NCBI GenBank assembly: GCA_038850735.1
Contig: JAWCLO010000001.1
Coordinates: forward strand, 16,138 to 80,137
Length of the DNA stretch: 64,000 bases
Direction of reading: 5' to 3'
From: Methanomassiliicoccales archaeon
Lineage (GTDB): Archaea > Thermoplasmatota > Thermoplasmata > Methanomassiliicoccales > JACIVX01
Shown one piece after another: positions 61,232 to 64,000 of this stretch (position 1 is the first letter of the stretch; the number at the start of each line of letters is the position of its first letter). The notes under the pieces were generated by a model. The model was not told the DNA's origin and searched no databases. It was given only the letters and a program-made list of their open reading frames with translations. Made by a program: the position numbers and the translations under genes.

Positions 61232-62518
61232 GTGAAGATGATGGCTTCCAAGGTCGATGAAGAGACGAAGAAAATGCTTGCCTACCACCCTTGCTACAAT
61301 GAAACGGCTCATAGGCATTGTGCGAGAATGCATGTACCAGTTGCACCACGCTGCAATATCCAGTGCAACTACTGCAATCGCAGGTATGACTGCATGAATG
61401 AAAGCAGACCAGGCGTGACAAGTGAAATTCTCTCGCCAATGCAAGCCATCGATAAAATCCGATATGTTAAGCAAAGAATGCCTCATTTAACAGTTATCGG
61501 AATAGCTGGACCTGGTGATCCGCTTGCTAATGAAGAAACTTTCGAGACCCTTGGAGGCATCAAAAAAGAATTTCCTGACCTGGTTTTGTGTCTGAGCACT
61601 AATGGCCTCCTGCTACCGAAATTCGTCGACAGGCTTGCCACGCTAGGTGTTAAATTCATCACTGTGACAGTTAACGCAATTGACCCCCAAATTGCTGAAA
61701 AGATTTACGATTTCGTGATTCTTGACGGAAAGGTCTATAAGGGAGTCGAGGGCGCAAGAATTCTGATCGAGAATCAGCTACATGGCATCGAATTAGCATC
61801 GAAATCGGGCATGTTAGTGAAAGTAAACACCGTCATGATACCTGGCATCAATGATGCTCACATTCCGGAAATCGCAAAAAAGCTCAGGGAACTGGGGGCG
61901 TATATCGTTAATATCATCCCGCTAATCCCAATTCCTGGGACGAAATTCGGTCAATTAAGAGCTCCGACCCCAAAAGAAAGAAAAATGCTGCAAGATCTTT
62001 GCGAAGATACGATCCAGCAGATGCGTCATTGCAGGTTCTGCAGAGCTGATGCTATAGGTTTGCTAGGTGAGGATCGGTCGGCCGAGTTTGCACATGTAAC
62101 ATGTGGCATTAAGTTGACTGAAGCCGGTCCAATTACTGTGCAGCTGGAAGGGAAGACAAAATACAAAGTTGCTGTTGCCTCCAAGGATGGCAGAAATGTT
62201 GACGTGCATTTTGGTCATGCTACCAGATTTTTGACTTACGAGGTTGAGGGGAAGAAGATCAAGAGGATTGGCGAGCTTCATGTCGACATCTCCGATGAGG
62301 TCCCAATGTTTGGCAGAGATCATTACAACAAGATCGAGCGAGCCGTTGATGCGCTCCAAGGCTTTGATATTATAGTTGCCAAGAAATTTGGCGATCGCGC
62401 GGTGGAAGCGTTGAGGCGTAGAGGAATTACGGCAATTGCCAGATCTGGTAGCATAAAACAAGCTATCTTGGATGCAATTGAAATCGCATTTGAAGAGCGA
62501 GTCCATACTTTTGAATGA
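61232..62518 (+). CDS. nifB: NifB-like radical SAM protein with C-terminal NifX-like domain
   Basis: HPCYNETAHRHCARMHVPVAPRCNIQCNYCNRRYDCMNESRPGVTSEILSP closely matches the remembered NifB N-terminal signature. The C-terminal part (YKVAVASKDGRNVDVHFGHATRF...) is NifX/NafY-like. The start is GTG 61232 or ATG 61238/61241. Confidence 0.8.
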   Translation: MKMMASKVDEETKKMLAYHPCYNETAHRHCARMHVPVAPRCNIQCNYCNRRYDCMNESRPGVTSEILSPMQAIDKIRYVKQRMPHLTVIGIAGPGDPLANEETFETLGGIKKEFPDLVLCLSTNGLLLPKFVDRLATLGVKFITVTVNAIDPQIAEKIYDFVILDGKVYKGVEGARILIENQLHGIELASKSGMLVKVNTVMIPGINDAHIPEIAKKLRELGAYIVNIIPLIPIPGTKFGQLRAPTPKERKMLQDLCEDTIQQMRHCRFCRADAIGLLGEDRSAEFAHVTCGIKLTEAGPITVQLEGKTKYKVAVASKDGRNVDVHFGHATRFLTYEVEGKKIKRIGELHVDISDEVPMFGRDHYNKIERAVDALQGFDIIVAKKFGDRAVEALRRRGITAIARSGSIKQAILDAIEIAFEERVHTFE

Positions 62519-62527
62519 GGTATAGAT

Positions 62528-64000
62528 ATGAAAGGGTCGGATCTTCTCGTAAGATGTCTTGAAAACGAAGGTGTTGACAGGATTTTTGGCATACCGGGTG
62601 AGGAAAACCTAGACGTCATGGATAGTCTCATCGACTCGAATATTGAATTTGTCTTGACGAAACACGAAGAATCTGCCTCTTTTATGGCGGAGGTCTTTGC
62701 TTATCTTACAAATAAACCTGGAGTATGCCTTTCCACACTCGGTCCCGGAGCCACAAATCTGATCACAGGTGTCGCTGATGCTTATTTGAACAATCTGCCG
62801 ATGATAGTCTTAACCGGACAAACACGTACTGAAAGGGCATATCACCCGCAAAAGCAGTACATCGATCTCGTTGATCTTTATAAGCCTATCACCAAAGACA
62901 GTATAAGTGTTCGATCATCTACGAGAATTCCTGTTATCATTCGGAATTCCTTTATGACAGCTTTGCAGGAGAAGCCTGGACCAGTGCACTTAGAGTTACC
63001 AGAAGACGTGATGAAATCTGATGCCGAGGGCACGCCACTTCGGAAATCGATGAACATAAGATGTGGCGGAGACGAGAAATCTAAAGAGGCGGCACTAGAA
63101 GCAATCCGATCGTCCAGCGCACCACTCATCCTTGCAGGACGAGGAGTGCTGAGGACAGAAGCTTCTAAGGAATTGGTTGCTTTCGCACGAAGCGCCAATA
63201 TCCCTGTTGTCCACACATGGATGGCAAACGGCATCATGCCTTTTGATGATCCGCTCAGCCTGCATTCCGTAGGTCTGAGGACGCATGACTTCATGAGAAG
63301 GGCTTTTGAACTCGCAGACCTCGTTATCACCATTGGATACGATGTTCTAGAGTTTCAGCCAGTTTTTTGGAATATTGGCAGGGCAAAAAAAATCGTTCAC
63401 ATCGGCCAGTCCGAAGCAGAAATTTCGCAGAAGTATAGTCCTGACATTCAGCTGATTGGGGACCTTCAAAAGACTCTAGAAGCACTGACATCGGAGAAAA
63501 TAGATAAAGAAAATTGGACAGCTGCTTTAAGAGATCAGCTACATGCAAAGTTATCCGAACTGACGCCTGATGGGGGATTAGTGAAACCGCAGACTGCAAT
63601 TCGATTACTAAGAGAATGCCTTGGGAGGGAGGATATCGCCGTGTGCGATGTCGGAGCTCACCTACTGTGGATGGAGAAACTATATCCAGTATATGCTGAA
63701 AAGACGCTCATCGCTTCGAATGGACTTCTGCCAATGGGATTTGGCGTTCCAGCCGCGATCGCCGCTAAGCTGGTATATCCGCAAAGAAAGGTTGTTGCTG
63801 TGTGTGGCGATGGCGGGTTCATGATGACCGCGGCAGAGATCGAAACTGCGCTTCGTTTAAAGACCAATTTTGTGACCGTCATTTTTAATGATGGAGGATA
63901 TGGCATAATAAGAACCAGGCAGCAAAAAAATTTTGGCAGAACGATAGGTGTCGATTTCAAGAACCCTGACTTTGTCAAATTCGCAGAATCCTTTGGAGCA
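62528..64000 (+). CDS. Thiamine-diphosphate enzyme, acetolactate synthase large subunit-like; 3' end outside the window
   Basis: Not in the ORF track because it runs off the window. Hand translation from the ATG at 62528 is open for 491 codons: MKGSDLLVRCLENEGVDRIFGIPGEENL..., GPGATNL, and the TPP motif CGDGGFMMTAAEIETALRLKTNFVTVIFNDGGYG. It starts 9 nt after nifB. Confidence 0.85.
   Translation, partial: MKGSDLLVRCLENEGVDRIFGIPGEENLDVMDSLIDSNIEFVLTKHEESASFMAEVFAYLTNKPGVCLSTLGPGATNLITGVADAYLNNLPMIVLTGQTRTERAYHPQKQYIDLVDLYKPITKDSISVRSSTRIPVIIRNSFMTALQEKPGPVHLELPEDVMKSDAEGTPLRKSMNIRCGGDEKSKEAALEAIRSSSAPLILAGRGVLRTEASKELVAFARSANIPVVHTWMANGIMPFDDPLSLHSVGLRTHDFMRRAFELADLVITIGYDVLEFQPVFWNIGRAKKIVHIGQSEAEISQKYSPDIQLIGDLQKTLEALTSEKIDKENWTAALRDQLHAKLSELTPDGGLVKPQTAIRLLRECLGREDIAVCDVGAHLLWMEKLYPVYAEKTLIASNGLLPMGFGVPAAIAAKLVYPQRKVVAVCGDGGFMMTAAEIETALRLKTNFVTVIFNDGGYGIIRTRQQKNFGRTIGVDFKNPDFVKFAESFGA

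Overview
The window reads as a densely packed archaeal chromosomal core region. The gene content is typically archaeal: editing-domain ThrRS, ribosomal protein L10e, RNase P Rpp21, Dph2, fused ThiD-ThiN, and a tetraether-synthase-like radical SAM gene next to a ferredoxin and geranylgeranyl reductase. There is also a stand-alone 23S rRNA with a bulge-helix-bulge processing stem. Together these fit a Thermoplasmata-like euryarchaeon best, but this was judged from motif recall only and no database search was run.

Recognised blocks:
- Divergent arginine regulon: argC-argJ-argB-argD plus an ACT regulator and a second class-III aminotransferase on the minus strand, and argG-argH on the plus strand.
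- A LUD/HdrD-like fusion oxidoreductase.
- A thiDN-GT4-membrane-GT4 operon.
- thrS.
- leuA-leuC-leuD-leuB.
- The preQ0 genes queD-queC-queE with a Pta/MtxX-fold gene, and dph2.
- rpl10e, rpp21, a yhbY-like gene and serS.
- Two transporter or channel genes.
- A 1430-aa orphan protein carrying a lamin-tail domain, sitting behind a TrmB regulator.
- A lipid cluster: Tes-like radical SAM, an unlisted 57-aa ferredoxin, GGR and mevalonate kinase.
- An MBL-tsaC-map operon, and sucCD.
- An orphan full-length nifB followed by a TPP enzyme.

RNA genes are tRNA-Thr(UGU), tRNA-Leu(CAA) with a 25-nt D-loop insertion, and one 23S rRNA. No CRISPR array, transposase, integrase or recognisable defence system was seen.

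The most unusual items are the giant LTD protein locus, the orphan NifB, the non-canonical tRNA intron, an internally duplicated small membrane protein, and an apparent A-to-C change at the E. coli A2503 equivalent in the 23S rRNA.
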